From Trichinella spiralis (Eukaryota), in contig NW_003526944.1 of NCBI RefSeq assembly GCF_000181795.1, forward strand, positions 2,345,434-2,409,433: 64,000 nt of DNA. Reading direction: 5' to 3'. The notes under the pieces are model-generated. The model was not told the DNA's origin. It saw only the letters and a program-made list of their open reading frames with translations, and did no database searches. Made by a program: the position numbers and the translations under genes. Positions 13,629 through 25,030 of this stretch are shown here, in pieces. How positions within the stretch are numbered: position 1 is the stretch's first letter; each line of letters begins with the position of its first letter.

Positions 13629-13642
13629 GTTGTCATGGCAAC
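13629..13642 (+). promoter_or_regulatory. X-box (RFX/DAF-19 binding site) upstream of IFT122
   Basis: GTTGTCATGGCAAC fits the consensus GTHNYY-AT-RRNAAC and ends about 124 nt before the ATG of a ciliary gene, the usual position. Confidence 0.88.
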
Positions 13643-13765
13643 CAGAGATGGACAAGTGGAAAAATTGTCGTCTGTAGGCGGCAGATTTTCACAATTTCGA
13701 CGTTGGCTATATTTTTGTCATAATCATAATCAAAGTATTATTTTCTGCATAAAGAATAATCGTCG

Positions 13766-16700
13766 ATGAATAATTCTACAGAATTGTGGTGTCGAACTGT
13801 CGACGAAGCGGGTGGACAAAAATCGGGCCGGTAAATGATTATTAGTTTTATTTTTGTACTATTTTTCCCATTCAACATCGTTGTCCATTCAGAATTAATG
13901 ATCTGACGTTCAAGCCGGATGGAAGCGAACTTCTGGTTGCGGCCGGGTTGAACATTTTCGTCTACGACGTCCACGACGGCAATCTCATTCAAACGTTGCA
14001 CGGTACGTGGAATTGGCGGTGGTTTGAAAATCAATTTTTGAAATTCAAATTTTAAATAGGTCATCGTGATACTGTACACTGCGTCGTCTATTCGCCGAGT
14101 GGTGAAAAATTTGCCAGCGGTTCGGCGGATAAAAGTGTTATCGTATGGACCGACAAGCACGAAGGAATGCTCAAATTCAAGTAATTAATTATTATTAATT
14201 TTTTATTTAATAAATTATTTTCATCCAGTCACAGTGACAGTATTCAATGTTTGACGTTTTGTCCGATCAATTGTATTCTACTGAGCTGTGCTATCAGTGA
14301 CTTTGGTAAGTGATGAAAAAAAATTCGAAATGCAAAATTTTGCTTCGAATGAAGAAGAAAAAATATTCAAATTAAAGGTCTGTGGACTTTGGAAAAGAAA
14401 ACTGTCGATAAGCACAAATCGTCGGCCAGAATTTGTAGTTGTTCTTGGGCATCCAATGGAGAATACTTTGCTCTCGGCTTGTACAACGGTATTGTCAGCT
14501 TTTGCAACAAGGTACAACAATATTGTTAATGCTGGTATTTGGAAATTCGATGACGATTTTATTCAAATGCAATTTTCCAGATGGGCGATGAAATGCTCAA
14601 AGTGAACCGCACAAATGGTTGTCCAGTTTGGAATTTGGCATTCAATCCATTCAGGTGAAATTTGAAAAATTTTTTAAACTGACCTTTTGTAAATTTAAAT
14701 TTCTATATTGTAGACCGGAAGAATTTTTGAACGAATCAGAAAAGTATGAAAGTGATGAATTTTGATAAATGAAAAAAATTTTTCATTTGTTTTTTACAAA
14801 TTAGTGAAACAATGGATATTGCACTGGCTGTTTTGGACTGGTCATCGGCCATCGCATTTTATGATATAAATGGACAAAAGGTTTATGCATTTTTTTTCTT
14901 AAATTAAATAAACTGGAAATAGAAAAAATTTTTTATTTCTTAGATGTTGGAAGATGTGAAATTAAATTATGATCCACTCTGTTTGGACTATTTGGCACCT
15001 GGTGAATTTATGGCCATTTCAGGTTCGAATCGCAAAGTGAATTTGCATACACGAACGGGAACCTATTTGTTTACCGTTGCTGAAATGAAATCATGGGTTT
15101 GGGTATGCCGAGCCAAACCGGACAGTCATCATATTGTGAGATATTTGAATCAATCAAATCAAACTATTTTCTACTTGTAAAATTTGATTTAGGCTGTGGG
15201 CTGTGAAGACGGTACTGTAGCTATTTATCAACTCAGGCTTGGCACTGTTCATGGATTGTATGATGATCGATATGCATACAGAGACAACATCACTGACGTT
15301 GTGGTACAACATTTAACAGACGGAAGTAAAGGTAATACAGCTTATTTCAAAATTTCAATTTTCTTTTTTTTGCTTTTATTATAGAACTTTCGATAAAATA
15401 AAATAGACTTTTGTATGTTAGTAGTCATTAAGCATTTATTAATAAACAAAATTTAGATGATAAGTGTCTGTTTGTTTACAATGAATGCGTTTGATATTTT
15501 TAAATTAAAATGATACGAATATCAGTTTAACAATATTCACAAATGAGCGTTAAAATCAAATATTAAGTGATATTTTAACAATGTTGTGTAATTTCAACGG
15601 TCACATTAGCTATTCTTGAGGAATTCATTTGTTCAGCTTGTATTTACTTATACTGGGCAACTGTTCAAATAATATTATCGTTCATTCATAGCTTTGATCG
15701 TGAATTTTATGATGAAGTTGAAACAAACGTTTTTTTAAAGAGAAATTATTTTTGTTAACAAAAGTTTCAAAATTAATGTTTTAGTACGTGTGAATTGTCA
15801 AGATTTGGTGAAAAAAGTGGCCGTTTATAAAGATAAAATTGCGGTAAATATATCTTTTTTTAAATAATATTTTTACATGTATTATGAGGGAATTTTTATA
15901 TTATAAGGTTCAACTTTCGAATAGAATCTGCATTTATGAATGTAGAATGAAATCAAGTTCGGGTATGGAATATTCGAAAACGCAAGCAATTGCAAAAGAT
16001 TTCGAATGCAGCCTTTTGGTATTGTGCTCCAAATATGTCGTATTGTGCATGGTAAGGAAGTTTAATTAATATTATTGTTTGTCAGTGATAAATGTTATGA
16101 AACTTGAATGCTTTGCAGGATGGCATTTTGCAAAGCTGTACACTTTCTGGATATGTGGAACGTCAGTGGGTTTTGGATTCCATGATACGTTATATTAAAG
16201 TGGTGGATGGTACGGCTGATCATGAAAGTTTGTTGGTTGGTCTGAAAAATGGTCAAGTGTTGAAAATATTTTTGGACAATCCATTTCCTGTTGAACTGAT
16301 GAAACACAACGATGGAATCCGATGCCTGGATCTGAGCATTTATCAGACCAAGTTGGCGATGGTCGGTGAGAATGGCATATGTTTCGTTTATGACTTGATC
16401 ACGGAAGAACTTTTATTTCAAGTATTAAATAAAAAAATTATTCAACTGTTATTGTTTGTAAATAATGTTTAGGAGTCGCAAATTACAAGTGTTGCTTGCA
16501 ATCGTCAACATGAAGATATAATTTGCATGTCAGGAGCAAATACGATTTTGGTTCGAATAAAAGATTTTCCAGCTTATGAGCTTCAAATGCCAGTAAAATT
16601 TCAGCTAGAAAAATAATTTTTCAAATTCATTCAAATTTTATTTCAGGGTTTGGTTGTCGGCTTTTCAGGTTCGCAAGTGTTTTGTTTATATCTTTACGCA

Positions 16701-19207
16701 ATGACAACAATAGAAGTTCCGCTGAGTTTTCAAATTCAGCAGTGCATTGATCGAAAATTGTTTTCGTTAGTGAATTAATAATATTTAAAATTATTTTTTG
16801 AAATAATTATTACTGTTTATAGATTGGCTTATTCGGTTGCTTGCCTTGGCGCGCATTCATCCGAATGGGAACATCTTGGCCTGTGCGCTTTGCAAAGTTT
16901 AGAGTACGATTTAGCTAAAAAAGCATTTCAACGAACGAAAAATTTCAAATATTTAAATCTTATTGATAGACTTCAAGTATGATAGTAAGAATCAACTGTC
17001 TGATTTGAATAAATTATTAATATATTGCAGAGAATTAGCGATGATGATGTTGCAATGGCAATGATGTTTGCATGTACTGGGAAAATTGAAGAAGCGGCAA
17101 ATTTGTTCCAAAAGTGTGGATATACCCAGATGGCGGTGGAAATGTATTTAGATTTGCACATGTTTGAAAAAACGAATGAACTTATTGGTGCCATCGGAGC
17201 TGAAGGGAAGCAAAATTTGATCAGCAAACAAGCGCTGCTAGCTTATCATGCCAAGGATTTTGATAAGGCTTGTGAAATGTACTTGGCAGCTAATGATTTT
17301 GAAAAAGCGATCACTATTATGGATGAACAAAAATGGATCGAAAAGTAAATTTATTTTTCATTTCTATGCAAATTTTATAAAAATTTATAATTCGATTTTA
17401 TAGATTAGCTGCACTTGGCAAGCAGTTGGATGAAACGAACTATAATTTGTTGAACAAAATTGCGAAAGCGTTTGAAAAATACAAAGAATATACACTAGCC
17501 AGTGAAGTATATGGTAAAATACGTGATGTGGAAAGTTGGATACGTGTTAAAATTTTTGATAATCATTGGGAAGAAGTAAGTCATGTGTAATTGAAATTTC
17601 TCAACTTGGAAATAAATACACAAAGGATGTATTTAAATTTCAGGCTTTTCAAATAGTGAAACAGCACCCAGAATTTGAGCAAAATTTGTACGTAGAATAT
17701 GCAAATTGGCTTATAAAAAATCAAAAATTTGAAGAAGCACAAATTGGTGAGTGATGAAATGTTAATTCGTGTAATAATGGCAGTAAAATTGTTTGCAGCT
17801 TATTGTCGGGCAGGTCTTCAAGAGCAAGCTCTTGATGTATTGGTGAACTTGGCTGACGTGGCAATTGATGAGAATCGTTTCAAAGATGCGTCTTATTTTT
17901 ACTGGTTATTAAGCATGCAGTATCTTTCTTCAGTTAATGGTATTTTTTTTATAAAAATGAACCAGCACAAACATATCTATTTCACTTTAAAGTGAATCAA
18001 ATGAACTTCAAATCAACTTTTTTAGCGAATCAAACAAATGAAGATTTAACGTTAAAACAATTTTACAAATATCAACAATTTGCTGATTTATACTACATTT
18101 ACGATTTTATTTACAAATATACAGTATGTTAAGGATTTTCAAGTAAATTTTTTTCTATTGTTTAAAAATTGATTTTAACAGGAAGAACCATTTACATTTT
18201 TGTCTGCTGATACTTTGTTCAACGTGGCTCGCTGTTTGTTGAATTCTCTTCAACTCTGTCATCCGAAGAAAATTTCCAAAATGTGAATTGAATAATTTTT
18301 ATATTTTGAAATTTCCATAATTTTTCTTTTCCCTTTCACAGAAAAATACTTTACACTTTGGCCAAGCAAGCGAAACAGTTGGGCGCGTTCCGACTTGGTC
18401 GAATTGTCTGCGACCAGCTTGGGCATCTCAATCTGCCGCCGTCCATGCAAACCGAAGTGGACTTGTTGACGTTGTCGTTGAAAGCGAAACCGTTTCAAGA
18501 TCCCGAAGATTTGCTGCCAGTTTGTTATGTCTGTTCAATGGGAAATCCAATTTTGAGTCGAGACGGTGGGAACAAGTGCGTGCATTGTGGTTTGAATTTC
18601 ATTTACTCATTTTTGACGTTCGGTACGGAAATTTGTTTTTTTTTCTCGACTACTGTTTAAATTAAAAAATTCATTTTTTCAGAATCTCTCCCTTTGATAG
18701 AATTTGAAATTGAAGGTGGTATAACAAGAAAAGAATTCCAAAGTCTGTTGCAATGCAACGCATCGTCGCAAGAGGAAATTGCTCTACTACAATCCAAAGT
18801 ATACAAGATTTGTTTGAATTGATTTAAATTGTTCAAATAAATGATCATCTCTTTTAGAAAGTCAAAAATGGAAAGGTTGTTTATCGCCGAGCAGATATCA
18901 GCGCGTTGAAAAGCAACGAAGTGTTCATGTGTCGTCGAACTGACCCGTCGAAAGACATCTATTACAGAAATTTGATGCCCGAGATTGCCATCAGTCAGTG
19001 TCATTCTTGTAACAAGGTATTTTGAATGCACTTATTGATTGAAAAAAAAAAATTTTTTTTGTAAAATATATATACACTTTTCTTGCATTGAAATATTTGT
19101 TTTTCCAGTTTTTTCACACAGATGATTGGGAATTTTTTATTTTACGCTACGGGCATTGCCCGTTTTGTCGAAAGAAGTTGAACTTGAATGACGATTGGGA
19201 TGATTGA
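13766..19207 (+). CDS. IFT122: Intraflagellar transport protein 122 (IFT-A complex; C. elegans daf-10), many short exons
   Basis: N-terminal WD40 exons [48 protein letters not shown] and [27 protein letters not shown]-like middle region. C-terminal zinc-ribbon pairs CYVC, CVHC and GHCPFCR; TGA at 19205-19207. Confidence 0.96.
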
Positions 19208-19328
19208 TTGTGAATGATGTTCTGAAAAATGCATCTTGAAAAGGAGGAGCTTTGAAAAAAAACACAAAAATTAAAACATGGATGGTAAATGTAAGGTAAA
19301 AAATGTCAAATTGAGCGAAAAAATCTGG

Positions 19329-21210
19329 TCAACAGAGAAAACAAGGAGATGCGACAATGGCGCATGCTGAACAGGTGGAATTGATCGATGGACTCATGTA
19401 GGATGGCGATAGGACGGCTGCGAACAGACGATGGGGGGATCGGATCACTGGGCTCAAAGCCGACGGTGACAGAACGGCAGCCGTGAGCAGAGTTGGACTC
19501 AGGATGCTCGGATTGAACGCACCGGGCGACAGAATGGACGGAATCAGTAGAACTGGTGAAAGGATCAACGGTGACAAGACGGCCGGTGACAAGATCAACG
19601 GATTCAACATGCCCGGAGAGAGGACGATCGGATTTACTGCCATGGGCGAAAGAATTATTGGACTGAGCACCAGTGGACTGAGTATCGAGCTGCTGACCAT
19701 GTTCGGAGACAGAACAACCGGCGAGAAAATTTTCGGATTCAAAATGACATGTCCGGCAACGAGTGGTTCATCTCCACGCGGACCCTGGACCATCGGATGC
19801 AGCACGTCGACTTCTTCGGTCTTGTTGGCGCTGCGTTGTCGCCGACGGTGCAGTTGTTTTTCTTCGGCAATTTTTCTCAACTCTTCCCTGAGCCAGCGTT
19901 CTTTGTCCATTTCGGTCATTTGCACGTATTCGAACAATTTTTCCTCGGACAAACTTCCATTGTGCACCAGTCGCATCTGATCGCTGTTCAAAAATGCGTA
20001 TCCGGTGCTGTTGATCGACTGACGTTGTTGTCTGGTCAACGATGCGTCGAGTAATTTGAATTTTTCCCCCAACTCCACCAACGCTTCCTCTTTTTCGAGT
20101 TTCACCATTCGACTGGATTGGGCTCTTTTCGCTTTGCGCTGTGACATGGTCAACCTTTTAATATCACGAACCAACTTTGGCACGTTGCCAAGTTCCAAAA
20201 TCAAATTCAACAGCGCATCGCGTTCTCGACGCGACAGCATCTGTTTCGACTGTTTGGTCGGAAATACATTCTTCGAACCGTCCTCGTACAAGCTCAGCAA
20301 ATCCGGCGACAACAAGTCGATGGTTCGATTGGCGTCCGGAGTCAATGCCAATATGCGAGGCGACAACACTCGCAGTGGCGGAATATCTTCGATCACTTTC
20401 ATATCTTTGATCAACTCGAACACATCGTACGCCAATTCACGGAACCAGCCGGGCAGCGGCATGTCGGGTAACAGTGATTCGAAATTGTTCTCGGCGATCG
20501 CCTTCTCCACGTTCGCCAGCAGTTCATTCGTGCCGAGGTGGATGTCGAAATCCACATCGTACTTTGTTGGCTCATCTTCCAGATCGTCTTCGTCCCCTGC
20601 CGAACCTTTCCACGAGCTTGTCGAAGAGGAATATTTTCTCATTTCGCGAAACAATTTTCTCAACCAATTGAACAATCGTTCCAAAGTTGAGGATTCTTTC
20701 GTCGTCGTCGTCGAACGTTTCACCCTTGGTGGAACGATCTGTTTGTCGATCCTGTCGATGCTCATTTGCAAATATGGAACGTGACAATTGGCGTGGTCGG
20801 CAATATTTTCAGCTTTGCTTGTACAATTGATCAGACGTTCTGTTTCCGTTTTGTCATGATGGCGCAGTTCGTTCGTCACCAACGTGCTCATCAACAAATT
20901 TACAGTTCTCTGGTACATTATACCGTCGGTCAGGGTTTTACCGTCTTCGTTTACTGGTATTTTCAAAAAATCCGTTTTGCAAAAAATTACATTTCCTGAA
21001 AATCCCATACAAACAACTATATTTCATAGTAGGGTAAGAGAAATTTGGTAAGTATTTGGAATTTCATTGCGAAATGTGATATTGTTTATTATTTAGTTGA
21101 AATCTGATCTTACCGAATTGTTGTACGATCAATATTAATAAAAGTATGGTCCAACGAAGGCGAAATGGAAAAATTGGCAAAATCGACCTGTTCGAATAGT
21201 AGCAGTGCAT
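19329..21210 (-). CDS. MLT-10/MLTN-family moulting-cycle secreted protein, copy A; exons 21210-21114 and 20995-19329
   Basis: Hydrophobic signal-like exon 1 (..WTILLLILIVQQFG) joined by a phase-1 GT-AG intron. Contains RVLSPRIL..LLSPDLLSLY, LDASLTRQQRQSINSTGYAFLNSDQMRLV, basic cleavage sites (RVKR, RRRQR) and tandem ILSP/xxSP repeats, all typical of MLT-10. Confidence 0.88.
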
Positions 21211-21548
21211 GGTGTTGTTGGATAGAGCGACAATTTTTGTTCGATGTGAACAATTACGATGCGATAATTGAAATGAAAAGTGAATATCGTTCGAGAATTT
21301 CCACGTTGGCAAAATGTCCTAAATTTTCAATCTCTGCAGCGATGAAAGATTTGCCTACTTTTGTATGGTAATTTTGGTTGGTTTTGTTCGTATGTTTGAA
21401 AATGTTAAATTTGCATGTTGTGTAAGATTAATTGTTAATGCCGTCGTCGATTGACGAGCCAGCAGCATACATACATCATGCATGCCTGACGGTGATGAGA
21501 ATGATTTTGCAAAGTTGAATAATTTTGTTTGCAATTTATTCATCGAAT

Positions 21549-23288
21549 TCAACACATGAAACACGGCGATGCGACTATTAAACAACCGTAACAAGTGGAA
21601 TTGATCGTCGGTGAGCGAATTCCAGGAGAAAGAATTGTCGCCACCATGAATTGGTTGGACCGAATGGACGGACTGTCGGCGATCGGTGACAGCACGTTGA
21701 AACTGAGCATGGAGACCGTGTCGACCACTGGACTCGAGACCAGTGGGGTCAGAATCGAGGGGGCCAAGATCAGGGGGCTGAGAATGATCGGCGACGCGTA
21801 AATTGGACTCAGAACGAATGGGCTCAAAATTTGAGGCGACAATACCAACGGTGAAGCGACGATCGGCGTCAGCACGAGGGCGGTGAAAAATGCCGGCGAC
21901 AGTATGGTCGGCGACAGTGTTGTCGACGACAGGACAATTTGGCTGAAAAATGCCGGCGACAAGACCACAGGCCCCAACACAGACGCCGAACCGACCGTCG
22001 GCGAGCCGATAAACGGCCACAGGACGATGGTCTCGCCGACCGTGATTTCTGAACGTTTGCATCTTCTTCTTCTTTTTTTTCTTGTCGATTTCGACAACTG
22101 CAACAATTGGTATTCCAACGCTTCATTTTTCTCGTCGACAGTCATCGTTCTGTACGTGTCGATGTCGACTGGCAATTTGCCATCGTCGTAAATTATGCGC
22201 AGTTGATGTTCGCTTAGAAAAGCATAGCCCCTAGTTTGAATTGATCTCGTCTGTTCTTCGGTGTAGGATTGTTCGAGTCTGGTGAAAGTGTCGATTAATT
22301 TGGTTACCGTTTTCTCTTGGGAACTTTTCAAATCACGCCACTGTTGTTGACGTTGATGATACTGATCGACGAGGCGGTCGACTTGTTCGACCAATCCCAA
22401 CAATGCCAGTCGTTCTTTCAAATTCAGTCGATCGATCAATTTGCCAACTGATACTGATTGGTCGGTGTCGTTGTCGTAATTGTCCGACAAGCTGAACACA
22501 TCCGGTGACAACAAGTTCACACTTTTCGAACTTCTCTCTTCCCAGGGGAACAATCTCGGCGACAAAATTCTGTACTCGGGCCAAGCTTCTTGCTGCTGTT
22601 GCTTCATCTCTTTGATCAACTGGTGCACATCTTTGGTCATCTCGCGCAGCCAGTCGGGAATTGGCCATTCGGGTAGCCAATCGTCGTCACTTGTTGTTGT
22701 TGTTGTTGTGATCTTGTACCAAAAATTCGACCAATACCACTCGGACCACCGGGTCGACTGTTCTCTTCTCGACGATTTGCCAATTCCCATTGACTGGTCA
22801 TTTCGACTAGTGGCAGACGATGCGAATTTTGAGAACAATACTGAATTCACCTTTTCCGCCAGCCAAGCCAGCCAGTTGAACGTGCTTTCGACCACTGACG
22901 TCCCCCTTTTCGAACGGATTCGTTTTTTCTCCACAAACGGAACCAAACATTCGGCATACTGGTGTACATCTTGGGCCTGGTGGACGCAGGCGCACAGGCG
23001 ACTTTTGCGCTCTTGGTCGTCGCCCAGTTTGGCGCCAATTTTCGTCGCCACAGCACCAAGCAGAGCCGAAACGGCGTTGTCGTATTGGACTTTTTCCAAT
23101 ATCGACTTGGTCTGTTCGTTCAAAGGCAACGTTTTGTATTTCTCTTTGGTCAAACTGACCACCCCGGCTGAAATGTGAAAAAAATGAAATGAAAAGAAAC
23201 GAAAAAAGAAAAACAGAAATCACTGAACGGCTGGCTACTACTTCTACTCACTGAAAACGACAACCACGAGACAAACGGCGTTGACCAT
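21549..23288 (-). CDS. MLT-10/MLTN-family moulting-cycle secreted protein, copy B; exons 23288-23252 and 23167-21549
   Basis: Signal peptide MVNAVCLVVVVFTGVVSL is formed across a phase-1 GTGAGT..TTTCAG intron. Contains RILSPRLF..LLSPDVFSL, LEQSYTEEQTRSIQTRGYAFLSEHQLRIIY, RSKR and RRCKR sites and ILSP repeats. The C-terminus (INSTCYGCLIVASPCFMC) closely matches copy A. Confidence 0.88.
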
Positions 23289-25030
23289 CGGGGTGGGGCG
23301 AATATTTTTTGGGGAGAAAAACCGTGTTGAAACAACACTTGAAAGAAAGTTTCACTTGTTCGCTTATTATTATTATTTTTATTCATTCGGTTCAAAGACT
23401 TCAAAAAGTCGATGATTTGACACAATACAGTTTTGATCATTGCAATTGATATTGTCACAAATGAAAACTGGGCCGTATTTAGAAGAAGAATAGAAAAACC
23501 AAATTAAATGAATGAAAGTCGAACTTATACGAAACAATTCGATCAAATTCTCTGTATGGTATATTGGGCAAAGCTGTGCTTTTTTTTCTTTTCTTTTAAT
23601 AATTGCAAATTTCACAATTTCTCTTGAACAATTTTGACAAGTAAAAGAAAAGCAAAGAAAAAGTTCATTGCGACAAATTCAACTAACATGTACGTCATTT
23701 TTTGTTTTATTTTTGCTTTTTCACATTTTTTTTTGGTAAGCGTATTTTTTTTTCTTTATTTTTGATAAGAATTCCATACATATTTTTGCTTCTATTCAAT
23801 CTATAACTGTTGTCCAATGTATATATATATGTACAATGAAATTGATGCTGGACCGTCGATTTACTTTTTCTATGCATTACACTGCGTTGAAAATTTTGAA
23901 AACATTTTCTAATTTAACAATTTCACTTCAAACAGGGAACGGTATTTTGTAATGTGAAATTTTGAAAAAAACGCTTATTCGAACTTGCAATAATATAATT
24001 ACTGTAATGATTGATGAGTGATGATATTTTTGAACGTTATTTTGAATTTCCATTTTTCTGTTCTTGTTTTGTTTATGAAAAAAATATTTATATTTTTCAT
24101 GCAATTCAAAATTTTTCATTGATCCAATCATCTTATTTACTTGCAAATTTGATTCACATTTTAAACAAGTGTTATTTCTATAACATTCTTTATTTTGGTT
24201 TTCTACCAAAATCAACCGTCATTTATTATTGTGAATGAAAAATTTTTTATCATTTGAATTAGTACATGTGTGGTAAAAACTGCATTGAAAGATAGATGTT
24301 TCACCTTATACTTCTACTTGAATATTTTCAAATTTACAACTATCAGTACTTGATAGTAATATATTACTGTAGGTGACATGTTGTCTCCAATTTGGACGAT
24401 CAGGAATTGGCAGTTGATAAATTGAATAAGACATCAGTAGTCTTTATTTTTAATTGTGATATATTTAACACTATAACTATCAGGTTTTAAAGAACGATAA
24501 TTAGCGGTTGAAATAAAATGATGTTTAATTTTCCATGTTTACTCATAACAATTTAAATATTGGAATAAATAGTACTGTAGTTGATATGTGCATGTCTGTG
24601 TGTATGATGTTAATTATTTAGTGCTTGTTTATCTTCTTTTGTAATAAAAGTAAAGTTTCAAGTGAACACCACAATTATTTTTCACTCATTGTCGGAATTA
24701 ATTGTATATTAATTTCATTTTATTTCATTTATCTTGGCGTGCGTAGTTTGGCATCTTGGTGGTTGTAGTTATTTTCGAAAGGTAAAAATGATTTTAATTG
24801 TTGTCCTTTTTTTTGTTTTTCACAATCAAACAATAGTATCATTTGACAATAGAACATAATTACAATGAGGATGAAGTTGGATGAAAAAAATTAGCATCGA
24901 ACTAATGTTCAGTTGCTGAATTTCATATTAACAATATACATATGAACAGTATTTCGTGTTGTTATTGTTGATGTGTTTTGTTAATTTCAAATTTAATCTA
25001 AAATTCAAAGTTTATTTCTCAGACAGCCCT

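Noticed and set aside
13069..13766. IER-like gene and IFT122 as an operon
   Set aside because: The gap holds an AATAAA and then a consensus X-box at the usual distance, which argues for an independent IFT122 promoter.
19483..23178. Long + strand ORFs (19483-19980, 20056-20784, 22480-23178)
   Set aside because: They are antisense shadows of the GC-rich, repetitive MLT-10 exons and have no independent protein features.
23150..23458. ORF MTISIAM.../MNKNNN... as the first exon of MLT-10 copy B
   Set aside because: The ATG at 23288 in another frame gives a signal peptide and a phase-compatible splice.
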